From an uncultured bacterium (GTDB taxonomy: Bacteria; Desulfobacterota_D; UBA1144; Nemesobacterales; UBA2774), in NCBI GenBank assembly GCA_963825135.1, contig CAWGRW010000009.1:1856001-1920000 (forward strand): 64,000 bases of DNA, written 5' to 3'. Each line of letters starts with the position of its first letter. Position 1 is the first letter of the stretch. Below are positions 48,651 to 57,503 of the stretch, one piece after another. The notes beneath the pieces were generated by a model that had not been told where the DNA came from, made no database searches, and saw only the letters and a list, made by a program, of their open reading frames with translations. Position numbers and translations under genes: made by a program.

Positions 48651-50153
48651 GTGATATCCGGGATGTACGAATCCGCAATTTCATACGGCGCGGCAGCTAT
48701 ACTTCTTGTCCTTCTGGTTATTCCGCTGTTGCGGCGGCTGGCGTTCTTAATAGGCTATGTCGACCGTCCGGCTGGCCGGAAACGGCATGAGGAAGCGGTG
48801 CCTCCAATCGGCGGGTTGGCGATTTTCCCTATATTTATACTCTTGTTATTTCTCTCAGGGACTGAACCACCAAGCATTTGGATAATTACGGCTCTGGGCA
48901 TAATACTCGCGGTCGGCGCAATAGACGATGGTTTCTCTTTACCAGCTTGGGTTAAATTGATTGTACAGATCGGTGTGGCTCTTTTAATAGTCGTACCCGG
49001 GCACATACGCGTTTATGGACTCGGCGATCTCTTCGGGTTTGGCGATATGGGGATGAGCTGGATGGGAATACCATTCACTGTTATAGCTGTAGTGCTCGTG
49101 ATAAACGCCATCAATCTGATAGACGGCCTTGACGGTCTGGCAGGCGGTTTGGGCCTGATAATTGTATTTTGGTTAGTGGTCAGCAGTATCGTAGCGGGTG
49201 ATTCGAATAACCTTATGGTGACATCTATATTTGCGGGTGCGCTGATTGGTTTTCTAAATTACAACCTCAGGCATAGGTTTCGGGAAAAAGCGAGTGTTTT
49301 TCTTGGTAATTCCGGCAGTCAGGCGTTGGGTTTGACATTGGCCTGGCTTACGATTGAATCCTCTCAAGGGGGAACCGCTATAATCCGGCCGATCTCAGTT
49401 GCTTGGCTCCTGGCTTTGCCGATTTACGATATTTGCGGACAGTTTGCACGTCGCGTGTACCTGGGACGGCATCCATTCGATCCGGACAGGCACCATTTCC
49501 ACCACCACTTTTTGTACGCCGGTTTGTCCGATGGCCAGGCAACCGCAATCATTCTTGCCCTGTCTTTTTTTGCCGGAATAGTGGGAGTGGGCGGACTGTG
49601 GATAGGTATTCCGGAGAGTGTCCTCACTTATGTGTGGATCGTATTCCTCTTCATTCATATCTACATGTCCATGCTTCCTCTCCGCTACCTGGAATTGCTG
49701 CTGCCATTGCGTGGCAAGAGCATCGATAATATCATAGGCCAGTTGATCCTGGAGTCAGGAGCGATAAGCGAAGATCAGCTTCTCGATGCGCTCGAATATC
49801 AGGGGAAATCAGGAGGGAAGATTGGCGAAATTCTGGTTGAGAAGGGATATATCTCGGACTCAAAACTAATTTACTTTTTGAACCTGCAAGTTGTTAGAAA
49901 TGCCAATGCTAATATCGTAAATGTGAATAAGAAAAAAGATTTCCTGCTGGGAGAAATAATGTTGACTTCAAAGATGATAACAAAGAAACAATTAGAAGAA
50001 GGGTTGAACTACCAAAGGACAAAGGGCGGATGGATCGGGCAGGTGTTGTTGAGTATGGGGTATATTTCGGAATCTGAATTGAGAGATTGTTTGGAAAAGC
50101 AGATACAATACAGGTCTGCGGGCCTGGCTTCGGATGTTGACATCGAATTATAA
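48651..50153 (+). CDS. wecA: MraY/WecA-family undecaprenyl-phosphate sugar-1-phosphate transferase with C-terminal tandem MshEN-like modules
   Basis: VD.P..RK.H...P.IGG, GAIDD, INAINLIDGLDGLA, FLGNSGS, DRHHFHH; C-terminal tail of four xxGxxLxxxGxIxxxxLxxxLxxQ-like repeats. Confidence 0.85.
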   Translation: MISGMYESAISYGAAAILLVLLVIPLLRRLAFLIGYVDRPAGRKRHEEAVPPIGGLAIFPIFILLLFLSGTEPPSIWIITALGIILAVGAIDDGFSLPAWVKLIVQIGVALLIVVPGHIRVYGLGDLFGFGDMGMSWMGIPFTVIAVVLVINAINLIDGLDGLAGGLGLIIVFWLVVSSIVAGDSNNLMVTSIFAGALIGFLNYNLRHRFREKASVFLGNSGSQALGLTLAWLTIESSQGGTAIIRPISVAWLLALPIYDICGQFARRVYLGRHPFDPDRHHFHHHFLYAGLSDGQATAIILALSFFAGIVGVGGLWIGIPESVLTYVWIVFLFIHIYMSMLPLRYLELLLPLRGKSIDNIIGQLILESGAISEDQLLDALEYQGKSGGKIGEILVEKGYISDSKLIYFLNLQVVRNANANIVNVNKKKDFLLGEIMLTSKMITKKQLEEGLNYQRTKGGWIGQVLLSMGYISESELRDCLEKQIQYRSAGLASDVDIEL

Positions 50154-50165
50154 CCGAGGAGCGGT

Positions 50166-51542
50166 CTATTCGTTTTCTCGCTCTGACAACTGGTATTGCA
50201 AACTGTTTGCCAAACCGAGAAGAAAGATAAAGTAGTAGACGTTAGCGGGGATCTGGAAATTGAATTCTGTAACTGCATGAACGAATAGGCCGAACATTCC
50301 GCTCAAGCATCCCAATAGAATGTAATATCGCAGCGGGTCTTTTCGCGGAGAAATCTTTCTTATCTTCCAGATTGCACGTTTATAAAATGATATCAATGCA
50401 AAGAGAACTAAAAAGAAGCCGATGAGGCCGGTTTCGGCCGCAAGCTCCAGATAGTCGTTATGCGCGTGGTCGTACACGTAAGGCCAATACGCATCTTTTT
50501 TATAGAGTGTATATGCTAAACTGAAGGTTCCTAAACCTGTTCCGAACGCAGGAAAATCTTCAATTAGTTTTATTGTGTCTTTCCATATATACGTACGAAG
50601 CGGAAGGGACTCCTCCGTCTCCGAGAATTTTTCTATTACGGGATCCAGTCCGATCCAGAATGAGTAGAGGATAATTATCACAAAAAATACGCCTAGTAAC
50701 CATTTTACCGTACTACTCTTCTTATTCAGGGAAATAAGAAAATATAAGAAAAGTATTGCGGCCGCGAATGAAAATATTGCACCTCGTGATTGAGAGAGTA
50801 TGAGGCTTATGGCGATGAGGGCGGTCACGAACAGCAGGAGTAGATTGCTTGGGGACTGCGTTTTTATGGCTTGTTTCCAGTTGTTTAATTGAAAGTGTTC
50901 TTTAGTGCTGAGATGGATCAAATAGCCCAAAAACACCGGAGTTACCAGGAGCAATAATCCGGCGAAGTGGTTGGGATTGATATAGCTACCGGATGCGGGG
51001 ACGCTTGTTCCGCTAGCGATGTATTGCAGAAGGCCGATGAGTGATTCAATCATTGCCACCGTAAAGACGATCCAGAAGAATCTCTTTATCTGTTTGCTTG
51101 TCCGTATGTAATCTGTCGTAACCAGAAAAAACGCTGCATATGACAAATAAAGAAGCAGTTTTTGATTGGTTACAAAAGGATAAAGACTTATTGTATTAGG
51201 GAGTTTGATTTGACCGCCGAATATATGGTTGAGAGCCTCACTCTTACTCTGCCAAAGCATGAAAGAATGAGGTGACAGTATGCTGAGTATCGAGTCGGGG
51301 AGTCGGATTGACTGAAAGATAATTAGGAAGAAAAACAGCCCCATCGGTACATATAAAGGAGATTGCGGCAGCCGAATTCTTCTCTTGATGATTTTACCCG
51401 TGAGCCAGAATCCGAACGTAAAGAACGCAATGATTTCAAAAAGAGCGACGGACCATGTCTCAACATTGCCAAAAGGTAATGGTGAGAGCAATATTAATAC
51501 TATTCCGCAGCTAATAATAAATGTAATTAGTCTTTCAAGCAT
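50166..51542 (-). CDS. O-antigen ligase / Wzy_C family membrane protein
   Basis: SPLPFG.VE.W, GSYINPNHFAG, SQSRGA, FGTGLGTF, HAHNDYLE, H...EFNFQIPAN. Confidence 0.88.
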   Translation of the reverse strand: MLERLITFIISCGIVLILLSPLPFGNVETWSVALFEIIAFFTFGFWLTGKIIKRRIRLPQSPLYVPMGLFFFLIIFQSIRLPDSILSILSPHSFMLWQSKSEALNHIFGGQIKLPNTISLYPFVTNQKLLLYLSYAAFFLVTTDYIRTSKQIKRFFWIVFTVAMIESLIGLLQYIASGTSVPASGSYINPNHFAGLLLLVTPVFLGYLIHLSTKEHFQLNNWKQAIKTQSPSNLLLLFVTALIAISLILSQSRGAIFSFAAAILFLYFLISLNKKSSTVKWLLGVFFVIIILYSFWIGLDPVIEKFSETEESLPLRTYIWKDTIKLIEDFPAFGTGLGTFSLAYTLYKKDAYWPYVYDHAHNDYLELAAETGLIGFFLVLFALISFYKRAIWKIRKISPRKDPLRYYILLGCLSGMFGLFVHAVTEFNFQIPANVYYFIFLLGLANSLQYQLSERENE

Positions 51543-51564
51543 ATTTTAGATAATGTAAGCATGT

Positions 51565-52815
51565 TTATTTTTCTTTCTCCAGAGCGACGTTATCGACCCA
51601 CACAATTCCCGAAATGTTATTGCTAAATTTGTCGGTTTTGTGACGTCTTAATTTCAAAACTATGGTGCTGCAGTCCTTAGGAGTTGTAAATGAGAATGTC
51701 ACAAGATGCCAATCCGTTGTACCGCGAACCTGCTCGGACTCAGCGTGAAGATTATTGTTGTTTACGCATTCTGCTTCCCATAGGAGTCCGTTCTTCGTAG
51801 AAATATCTTTACTTTTCATGAGTGATGACAATTTATAATTCGTCTCATCGTCTACAGGTATAAATTGATATAAATGATAAAAATCGACATTTTGCTTTCC
51901 ATCGAATTCGATTTTGATTGAACGGCCGTTATCGGTGTGGTCAATGTTTTCTGAAATTTTTGCTCCTTCCACATTGCCCAGTCTCCAATCAAATCCTGCA
52001 TTTCTAATCTTCTGATTGAAGTCCCCGTTCCATACGCCTTCCCATTTGCCTAATCGGTCGGCCCAGACATTTTTCGCGGTGGGTAGTTCTCTTTCGTTAA
52101 TTAAAAATACGACATATCTGAGAAATATGTCTTCCGGTATTTCACCTATACCCATACTGGATAATTTTTCCCAAGTGACCTTCGCTTCGGAGACCCTGTG
52201 TGTACTAATAAGGAAGTGCAGGTACGCTGGGAGGGCGTTATCAGAAACTGCCTCCCGGACTTTATCCCCGTTTCTGAGTGACTGCCATAAGATTGGAAAT
52301 GCTTTATAACGCCTGTGCCGGTCATAGGCAATTACGGCTCGTAAATTATTGATTAGGACTTCTTCGTCTCCGAGCCTCGATGCGAGCATGCCGGCTGCCC
52401 ACCTGAGGGATACTACACCGGGAGCGAGCTCGGTTGCCTTGTTGAGCGTATATACTGCAAGATCCCTCTTGCGATCCTGCAAAAGGAATTCGGCCAGATA
52501 ATACCAGTAGTTGTAGTCTAAGGGGTTAAGTTCAAGGGCTTTTTTGTAAAGATCGTAGACCCGGCCACGCGGGGCGGACAAATCGTAATTTGCGTAATAT
52601 TCTCCAAGCATGAAATAGAACTGGGAATTTCCGCTCTCGATTCTTATGGCTTCGTTGAAGCCGTTAGGGGGAGGATCCGTCGCGTAAACGTAAGACAGCC
52701 AGTTCTTGGCTGCGCTCCAGGAAAGAAATAGTGTGATGGATATCGTGAGGAGGATATATGTATAAAGGGAAAACCTGGAACCTATTGTAAATTTCATATA
52801 CCCGGAGTTACACAA
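51565..52815 (-). CDS. Membrane-anchored TPR protein with a C-terminal carbohydrate-binding-like (CBM4/9-type) domain
   Basis: N-terminal TM; TPR-like YKKALELNP, KATELAP; WNGDF......GFDW, GTTDW....F.TP.DC, G.VWVDNV.L. Confidence 0.7.
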   Translation of the reverse strand: MCNSGYMKFTIGSRFSLYTYILLTISITLFLSWSAAKNWLSYVYATDPPPNGFNEAIRIESGNSQFYFMLGEYYANYDLSAPRGRVYDLYKKALELNPLDYNYWYYLAEFLLQDRKRDLAVYTLNKATELAPGVVSLRWAAGMLASRLGDEEVLINNLRAVIAYDRHRRYKAFPILWQSLRNGDKVREAVSDNALPAYLHFLISTHRVSEAKVTWEKLSSMGIGEIPEDIFLRYVVFLINERELPTAKNVWADRLGKWEGVWNGDFNQKIRNAGFDWRLGNVEGAKISENIDHTDNGRSIKIEFDGKQNVDFYHLYQFIPVDDETNYKLSSLMKSKDISTKNGLLWEAECVNNNNLHAESEQVRGTTDWHLVTFSFTTPKDCSTIVLKLRRHKTDKFSNNISGIVWVDNVALEKEK

Positions 52816-52896
52816 TGATGCAGATTTACAGATAAGTCAATTTATCGCAACGAGAATTTGCTATCAACCGGGAAATATCAGTGAGTATCTAATGCG

Positions 52897-55266
52897 CTAA
52901 ACAGATTTACCCAAATCGTCCCGTTTGGTTTTCTCAACGGATTTCGCGGCTGCGAGCTTTTTCTTTTCATCGTCTTCGCCGTAATAGTAGTTGTACGATT
53001 TATAGTAATAACTGTTTTGATTGAGCTCTATGCCGTTGACTATCACTCCCAGGAAATTTGCCTTCAAGCTCCACAGCCTGTCTATCAGCTCCCTTATAGA
53101 GTTCTTGGGTGTTTTGCCTGCCCTTACAACTACCGCGACTCCGTCGACAAGGCTCGAAATGATATGGGAGTCGACAAACCCCAGTGCCGGAGGACCGTCA
53201 ACTATTATATAATCATAGTCGTCCGTTAGAGTTTGAATTAACTCTCTCATACGGTTAGAACCCAAGAGTTCGGCCGGGTTGACGGGTATCGGACCTACGG
53301 GAAGTACATACAAGTTGGGTATCTCCCCCTGTGAAATAACGTCGCTCAAATTCGAATTTCCGGTCAGGAAGCTGCTGAGTCCGTTACCGTTATTGCCGAG
53401 GATAGTTCCGATTCTCGGACGCCTGAGGTCGGCCTCCAGAAGGAGAACTTTGCTTCCTGCCTGAGCGAAAGAAGACGCGAGGTTAATCGACACGGTTGTT
53501 TTTCCTTCTGCCGGGAAGCAGCTCGTGATTAGAATCGAACGGGGCGGCTTGCCGGGAGTGGAAAGGAGAAGAGAAGTCCTGATGGTTCTGAATGATTCGG
53601 CAATATGAGATCTAGGATCAAGTAGAAATAATTTCTCAACAGGTGAATCCAAACTGTCCGTTTGATTGGATTCAAACACTCCTCCGAGGACCGGCAGTTT
53701 GAGCTTGTCCCTCACTTCTTCAGACGTTTTGACCGTATTGTCGAAATACTCCAGGAAAAAGGCCAGGAAAATGCCGCCGCCTATTCCGAGGATACACGCT
53801 ATAAGCAGGTTCAAAGTCACATTGGGTTTAAACGGTATTATCGGAATTTGCGCGTAGTCAACAACTTGTATATTGCTAGCTGTTATGGCCGATGACACTT
53901 CGGTTTCTTTTAGTCTTTGCAAAAGGCTGTTATAAATAGTTTCATTCGATTCAACCCCTCTTTTGAGTATGTTGTATTGAATCGATTTGTCATTTAGTGC
54001 GGAAGCAAGAGTCTTTTGCTTCTGATAACTTTCCCTGAGAGTTTCTTCTTTTTTAAGCGAGGCGTCGTAATCTGATTTGACGGATGAGGCTATGCTGTTT
54101 TGAGCTTCTTCGATTTTTGCTTGCAATTCGGCTACCCTCGCCCCAAGCTCTTTCACCTTCGGATATCCTGATTTAAAAGTCGAGCTCAGCTGGCTGTACT
54201 CCGACTGTGCCCGAGCATGCTCTGCTTTCAGGTTCTGGATATAGGGGTCGTTCATTACCATTGACAATGAGTCTATGTTGCCGTCTAACGCATGCTTATA
54301 AAGTGATTCCTTCTCCAGTCTCGAGGTTTCTGCCTTTGCGAGCGCGTCGTTGAGTTCCGAGAACGTGTGGTAAGTTATGTTCATCTTTTCGTCGAGGGAA
54401 ACAATGTCGTTGCTCTTGGCGAACCCGTTCAATTTCTCTTCGGATAGTTCAAGGTTAGACTGTGCCTGTTCAATCTGTTTTTTAAGGAAATCCCTGCCCT
54501 GTTTTGTAGCGTCCAGTTTCCTGTTCAGGAGCCAGTTGATGAACGTATCGCTTAAAGCATTGACCGCTTCTGCCGCGAGTTTTCGGTCATGTGATACGAA
54601 ACTTACATCGACAAGGCGCGAGTTGCCTACGGGGGTTATCAGGAGCCTGCTGGTAAAAGCATTGATCAAATCGTCTTCTTGACCCGCCTGGGCGATCTCT
54701 TCATCAGCGCCGGATGTCTGCGTCTCCTGCGGTCTCGTGGTTATCTTTTTTATTCCGTTGAGAATGTTATCTATCAGACCGTTAACACTCGACATTGCCC
54801 TGGAAATCAGACTCTGCTTCTTTTTTTCGGGGTTGAAATCCGGGTTCTCCGCCAGATTAAGTTTTTCGACTACTTGTTTTGCCAAAGAGTTGCTTTTTAA
54901 GAGAAGGTACTGAGTTTCATAGAACTCTTCGGATTTGGTCTCGAGTTCGACCACCTGGTCGAAATTCACGACTTTAGGGTTTTCCAGAGAAATTTCGAGC
55001 TTCGCTGTGGCCTTGTATTCGGGCTCCGTCAAGAAAGTCGATATCAGAGTCGATATCAGTACGATGACGAAAAATACAATGATTACTTTCTTTCTCCTGA
55101 GTACCACCTCGATGTAGCGGTGGATAGCGCTTTCTTCATCTACCGGATAAGCCCTCAATATGTCCGGCGTATTAGGATAAGCGCGAAGGGACCTCTCTTC
55201 GTTTTCAGGTACGAGGTTCCGGCCTTTGCCGTCACCGATCATTTTATCTCTATCGTTATTTTCCAT
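52897..55266 (-). CDS. wzc: Polysaccharide co-polymerase / tyrosine autokinase (Wzc/GumC family)
   Basis: Two TMs around a coiled-coil periplasmic region; ESFRTIRT, Walker A PAEGKT, EADLRRP, IIVDGPP; Tyr cluster SYYYKSYNYYY. Confidence 0.93.
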   Translation of the reverse strand: MENNDRDKMIGDGKGRNLVPENEERSLRAYPNTPDILRAYPVDEESAIHRYIEVVLRRKKVIIVFFVIVLISTLISTFLTEPEYKATAKLEISLENPKVVNFDQVVELETKSEEFYETQYLLLKSNSLAKQVVEKLNLAENPDFNPEKKKQSLISRAMSSVNGLIDNILNGIKKITTRPQETQTSGADEEIAQAGQEDDLINAFTSRLLITPVGNSRLVDVSFVSHDRKLAAEAVNALSDTFINWLLNRKLDATKQGRDFLKKQIEQAQSNLELSEEKLNGFAKSNDIVSLDEKMNITYHTFSELNDALAKAETSRLEKESLYKHALDGNIDSLSMVMNDPYIQNLKAEHARAQSEYSQLSSTFKSGYPKVKELGARVAELQAKIEEAQNSIASSVKSDYDASLKKEETLRESYQKQKTLASALNDKSIQYNILKRGVESNETIYNSLLQRLKETEVSSAITASNIQVVDYAQIPIIPFKPNVTLNLLIACILGIGGGIFLAFFLEYFDNTVKTSEEVRDKLKLPVLGGVFESNQTDSLDSPVEKLFLLDPRSHIAESFRTIRTSLLLSTPGKPPRSILITSCFPAEGKTTVSINLASSFAQAGSKVLLLEADLRRPRIGTILGNNGNGLSSFLTGNSNLSDVISQGEIPNLYVLPVGPIPVNPAELLGSNRMRELIQTLTDDYDYIIVDGPPALGFVDSHIISSLVDGVAVVVRAGKTPKNSIRELIDRLWSLKANFLGVIVNGIELNQNSYYYKSYNYYYGEDDEKKKLAAAKSVEKTKRDDLGKSV

Positions 55267-55298
55267 TTGTATACTTCTCTTTTAAGATGAATTTAGCT

Positions 55299-56315
55299 TT
55301 ACTGTACGCCTACGCTAAACGGCGGGAAAAACAATCCGAGCCTAATAGCGTCGAAGAAGCTCTTGATGGCATTTTTGCCTACGACTATTGCGTCCTGGTC
55401 CTTCAAAACTATATCCGCAGAATTGCCCTCTTTAATGCCGTCCAGGTCTACGGCCGTAACCTGCACCTGACCATTTTCTTTCCTCATCAGACTGACATCG
55501 GACGCCTCCGCTGTTTTGGCGAGTCCTCCTGCCGCTGTGATCGCCTGACTGACGGTCATATTGGTTTCCAATGGGATGGTGCCGGGTTTAATTACGGCTC
55601 CGTCAACATATACTACACCTGCTTCCGGTATGTATACAACATCGCCCATATGAATAGGAATATTCAGATCCGATTTGCCCTCGTCAAGCAATTCTCCGAG
55701 ATCAATTTCAACCGCTTTCTTCTGACCTTCCTTGCCCTTTCGCGTAACGTATGCCATTTCGCTTGCATCCGCGTTTAGTCCGCCGGCCATTGCAATAGCG
55801 TCCAGCAGGTTCCCCTTACCCAGCAGTTCATACGTCCCCGGACTCTTTACGCTGCCAATTACAGCTACCCTCTGACTTTTGAATTCTTTAATGGACACGA
55901 CAACATGTGGGTCGTTCATGTATTTTTCCGTCAATTGTTCCTTTATCCTTTCTTCCGCTTCCAAAGCAGTAAGACCGCCGACCTCCACCGTCCCGAGCAG
56001 GGGGAATGAAATCATATTCTTTGAGTTTACCCTCGCCTCCGTATCCAGATCCGGGGCCTCTACGACTTTAATTTCCAGGAGGTCTCCGGGCCCGAGAAGG
56101 TAATCATCGGATGCTGACGAACTAAAGGTTTCCTGAATTAATTTACGGTTTAATTCCTGATTCTCGGTGTTAACCTCCCTTTGTGCCTGTGGAAGGGTAC
56201 GCGTACCCCCTGCGGTCGAGCCGCCGCCGCAGGCGGTGCAAAAGACACCCGCGAGTAAGAGTAAAGCTATCCCTGTTTTGATATAGCGATTCAATTTACA
56301 CCAATACCCCACCAT
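55299..56315 (-). CDS. wza: Polysaccharide export lipoprotein (Wza-like; Poly_export plus SLBB domains)
   Basis: Lipobox TAC; DYLLGPGDLLEI, ISFPLLG.V.VGGLT, V.G.VKSPG, AIAMAGGL, V.GAV..PG. Confidence 0.9.
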   Translation of the reverse strand: MVGYWCKLNRYIKTGIALLLLAGVFCTACGGGSTAGGTRTLPQAQREVNTENQELNRKLIQETFSSSASDDYLLGPGDLLEIKVVEAPDLDTEARVNSKNMISFPLLGTVEVGGLTALEAEERIKEQLTEKYMNDPHVVVSIKEFKSQRVAVIGSVKSPGTYELLGKGNLLDAIAMAGGLNADASEMAYVTRKGKEGQKKAVEIDLGELLDEGKSDLNIPIHMGDVVYIPEAGVVYVDGAVIKPGTIPLETNMTVSQAITAAGGLAKTAEASDVSLMRKENGQVQVTAVDLDGIKEGNSADIVLKDQDAIVVGKNAIKSFFDAIRLGLFFPPFSVGVQ

Positions 56316-56400
56316 AAATCAATTATACATCCTCTCAAGTCGGGAAGTATAATCTTTATAGTAAATCTACGTAATTTCGTATTGCTGTGGATTAAATACC

Positions 56401-57156
56401 CTACTCGGTTCTGAGAACGTTGCTGGCGTTATGATCTCCGCCGCCGCCGCAAAGGGCCCCGCATACAGCACCGGTAACCGCAGCCGCACCGACAGCCGCC
56501 GGAATCAATAACGGAGCCGCTGCTGGTGAACAACACCCCGATTTATTTTCAAATGAATCATAGGGGTTTTGTTTATCAGGACTCGAAGCGGCATCTCCCG
56601 GTTCGAGAGTTTGAGTGTTCATATTGGTCTTGAAATTTGCGTATCCGTCGAATTGAATTGCTGAAGTAACGTTCTCTTTTACGTTGGTTCTGCCGTCGAC
56701 ATACTCAGGCGACCCCGCTTTAACTGCGCTCTCGTCCGGAGGAATTGTATCGGCCGCGGGAGTATCAACCAGGAAACCGCTTTTCGGATTGAAGCAATAG
56801 CAGACCTCTCCCTGGTCGCCCTGAGTCAGTAACAGCCCGGTAAATCCATCCCCTATGGACTGTACTTTGAATACAGATTTCGGCTCAATCACGTATTTGC
56901 CGCCGTTGACGATCAGTGTCGCTTTGCCGTTATCCAATGTATCAATGATCATGTCAGGGTAGATAGGATAGCTCTCGTCCTTTAATGTGACCTCGCTCCC
57001 GTCTATAAGTGTAACCTTTACTTCGTCTGAGACTTTCATGGTTCCGAGAGAAACCTGAGCGTCAAGTGAAGTCTGTGCAAAGACAACAGCGACCGGCTGA
57101 AGAAATAAAAAGCCCGCCACAAAAAACGACAACGTCATCTTCAATGTTCTGGTCAT
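56401..57156 (-). CDS. Exported protein of unknown function with a C-terminal hydrophobic segment
   Basis: ATG 57156 after AGGAGAGGAGG; signal peptide ending in VFA; beta-rich body; C-terminus GCCSPAAAPLLIPAAVGAAAVTGAVCGALCGGGGD. Confidence 0.75.
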   Translation of the reverse strand: MTRTLKMTLSFFVAGFLFLQPVAVVFAQTSLDAQVSLGTMKVSDEVKVTLIDGSEVTLKDESYPIYPDMIIDTLDNGKATLIVNGGKYVIEPKSVFKVQSIGDGFTGLLLTQGDQGEVCYCFNPKSGFLVDTPAADTIPPDESAVKAGSPEYVDGRTNVKENVTSAIQFDGYANFKTNMNTQTLEPGDAASSPDKQNPYDSFENKSGCCSPAAAPLLIPAAVGAAAVTGAVCGALCGGGGDHNASNVLRTE

Positions 57157-57503
57157 GTTTGTAAACCCTCCTCTCCTGAATCTATTATATAGTATAGAAA
57201 TGGGGTTAGATAGAGTCAACGAGACTTAAGTAGGTCTTTTATGATAAATAAAGTATGTAGGGCGGCAAAATGCTTCATACTTTAGTATTATTGCAGGCAC
57301 ATACTTGCTATTACAACATACTCCTAACATTACATTATATTTGATTCCCGTTGCCGGCTGGCGTTTAATATGCATACCAATATCCCGGCTCTCGACCGGT
57401 CTCGATCTGATGGCGAATTTATTCCTCTGATTCCGGCCGGGGCGGAATTTAATGAAATTTGTTTCTTTCTTTACTGTTTGAGAGGACACCATATACGACC
57501 CGT

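Noticed and set aside
21288..57156. PEP-CTERM/exosortase system associated with the EPS locus
   Set aside because: No exosortase gene and no VPEP-TM-RR tail in any ORF of the window.
57358..57374. sigma54-like CTGGCGTTTAATATGCA
   Set aside because: It is on the + strand with no sense gene downstream, pointing antisense into 57504-58790; likely chance.
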